From contig NC_058379.1 of NCBI RefSeq assembly GCF_018350175.1, positions 38,378,001-38,442,000 of the forward strand: DNA of 64,000 nucleotides. Direction: 5' to 3'. Below are positions 62,635-64,000 of this stretch, piece after piece; within the stretch, counting starts at the first letter, position 1; every line of letters begins with the position of its first letter. A program made the position numbers and the translations under genes. The notes under the pieces were generated by a model. The model saw only the letters and a list, made by a program, of their open reading frames with translations, was not told where the DNA came from and did no database searches. Source of the DNA: Felis catus. Taxonomy: Eukaryota.

Positions 62635-62934
62635 GTGTATGTGACATTTATCATCAAAAAGAACTGTCCAGTCAAGGAGGATGTACGAACAGCAGAGACA
62701 AAGTACACAGCTGTTCGGGAGGTGCAGTTTTGGAGGCATCAACACCCCAGCCCCCAAATATCCATGTTTTTCTGCTGGCTGATCCCTGAAACTCCACCCT
62801 TGGAGCTTCGTCTTCACTCCCTTCACTTGCATTGTTGATTTCGATCTTACTTACCCTGTGCCAGCCCTTCCTGAGCTGGACTGGAGACACAGGCAGTGAG
62901 TTGAGAACCTTCCCATTATCCCAGGGAGAGACAG
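62635..62934 (+). other. Candidate 300-nt non-coding exon
   Basis: Branch points GACTAAC/CCCTAAC (62609-62621), TTCCCTACAG acceptor, perfect CAG|GTAAGT donor; stops in all three frames. Confidence 0.3.
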
Positions 62935-62966
62935 GTAAGTGCAAAGGCAGTTAAAACCTAGAATGA

Positions 62967-63172
62967 GGGGCACCTGGGTGGTTCAGTCGGCTAAGCGTCC
63001 GACTCTCAACTTTGGGTCAGGTCACAATCTTGCAGGTTTGTGAGTTTGAGCCCCGCATCAGGCTCCCTACTAACAGTGTGAAGGCTGCTTGGGATTCTCT
63101 CTCTCTCCCTTTCCCTTTACCCTTCCCCTGTTCTCTCTCTCTCTCAAAATAAGTAAATAAACTTAAGAAAAT
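62967..63172 (+). mobile_element. CAN-SINE
   Basis: Head, body and tail; TSD core TAGARTGAG. Confidence 0.94.
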
Positions 63173-63556
63173 TAAATAGAGTGAGCCAGTGGGAGGCAGC
63201 AAGTCACAGGCGGAATGTACCCCAGGAAAGGAGACATCTGCATCCAGCACAGAGGTAAGTGTGACCCTGGTCCACGATGGCAAAGGGTCCAGAGCATGCA
63301 GCACTGGAGGGAGCTTCGTCCAAGACCCTGTTCTGCCAGGTGGAGGATTCCAGAAAGGAAAGATGCTGCACGAGGGAGTGATATCATCAGATTTGTATCT
63401 TAAAATATAAACCAGGACAAAAATAAAGGAGGCTGGCACATGTAATCCATTATGTCACTCCGATTCTAATGTTATGAGGATTCTTAGAAGGGATAATGAT
63501 TTTTAAACAAGTTATGTATTCTCTGGAATGAGTAAAGGATTCAAAGACTATTTTTT

Positions 63557-63738
63557 AAAGTTTCTTTATTTTGAGAGAGTGTGTGCGAATGGGGGAGGGG
63601 CAGAGAGAGAATCCCAAGCAGGCTCCACCCTGTCAGCTCAGAGCCCAACTCGGGGCTCCATCTCAAGATCTGTGAGATCATGACCTAAGCCGAAATTAAG
63701 AGTCAGATGGTCAACTGACTGAGCCACTCAGCTGCCCC
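63557..63738 (-). mobile_element. CAN-SINE
   Basis: Antisense copy; degenerate TSD TCAAASACTAWTTTT. Confidence 0.93.
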
Positions 63739-63868
63739 TCAAACACTAATTTTTATAGTAATAGAGGAGGAACGCCCAGTTGGGTCTGAGCACCTGTGGG
63801 AAGTAGCAAGGGGAGATCTGAGGAAGGAGAGGTGGAGATGTGGTGCAGAAAAGATAAATGATCGTCTT

Positions 63869-64000
63869 GGGGCGCCTGGGTGGCGCAGTCGGTTGGGCGT
63901 CCGACTTCAGCCAGGTCACGATCTCGCGGTCCGTGAGTTCGAGCCCCGCGTCGGGCTCTGGGCTGATGGCTCAGAGCCTGGAGCCTGTTTCCGATTCTGT
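63869..64000 (+). mobile_element. Young SINEC_Fc-type SINE, cut by the window end
   Basis: GGGGCGCCTGGGTGGCGCAGTCGG..., CpG-intact. Confidence 0.96.

Noticed and set aside
1-64000. CRISPR arrays, tRNA/rRNA/snRNA genes, numts, prokaryotic systems
   Set aside because: None seen. The tRNA-like A/B boxes belong to SINE heads, and the dispersed repeats are irregularly spaced retroposons with TSDs.

Overview
Mammalian nuclear DNA from a felid (cat-family) genome. The diagnostic feature is about 32 copies of the tRNA-derived carnivore SINE; nine of them are the young SINEC_Fc type. There are four sized assembly gaps (13133-13264, 25112-25390, 39426-39660, 59045-59222). I could not recognise any protein-coding exon, structural RNA gene or processed pseudogene, so the window looks intergenic or deep-intronic. 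The only real protein sequence is the intact C-terminus of L1 ORF2 in a very young, TSD-flanked L1 (12373-13291). The rest is a layered transposon record: an old L1MB-type LINE carrying five nested insertions, two HAL1-like copies, MaLR LTRs, hAT and Tigger-type MITEs, MIR/L2 relics and microsatellites. I found no clearly novel biological system. The best leads are: (i) an LTR-like promoter (3x CCAAT, GC/CACCC box, TATA) at about 50.5 kb with downstream splice-site-bounded non-coding exons; (ii) a deletion between head-to-head SINEs; (iii) repeated use of the same insertion site; (iv) poly(A)-only TPRT insertions. Repeat family names come from my recollection of consensus sequences and need RepeatMasker/Dfam confirmation. 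Boundaries of old repeats are approximate.
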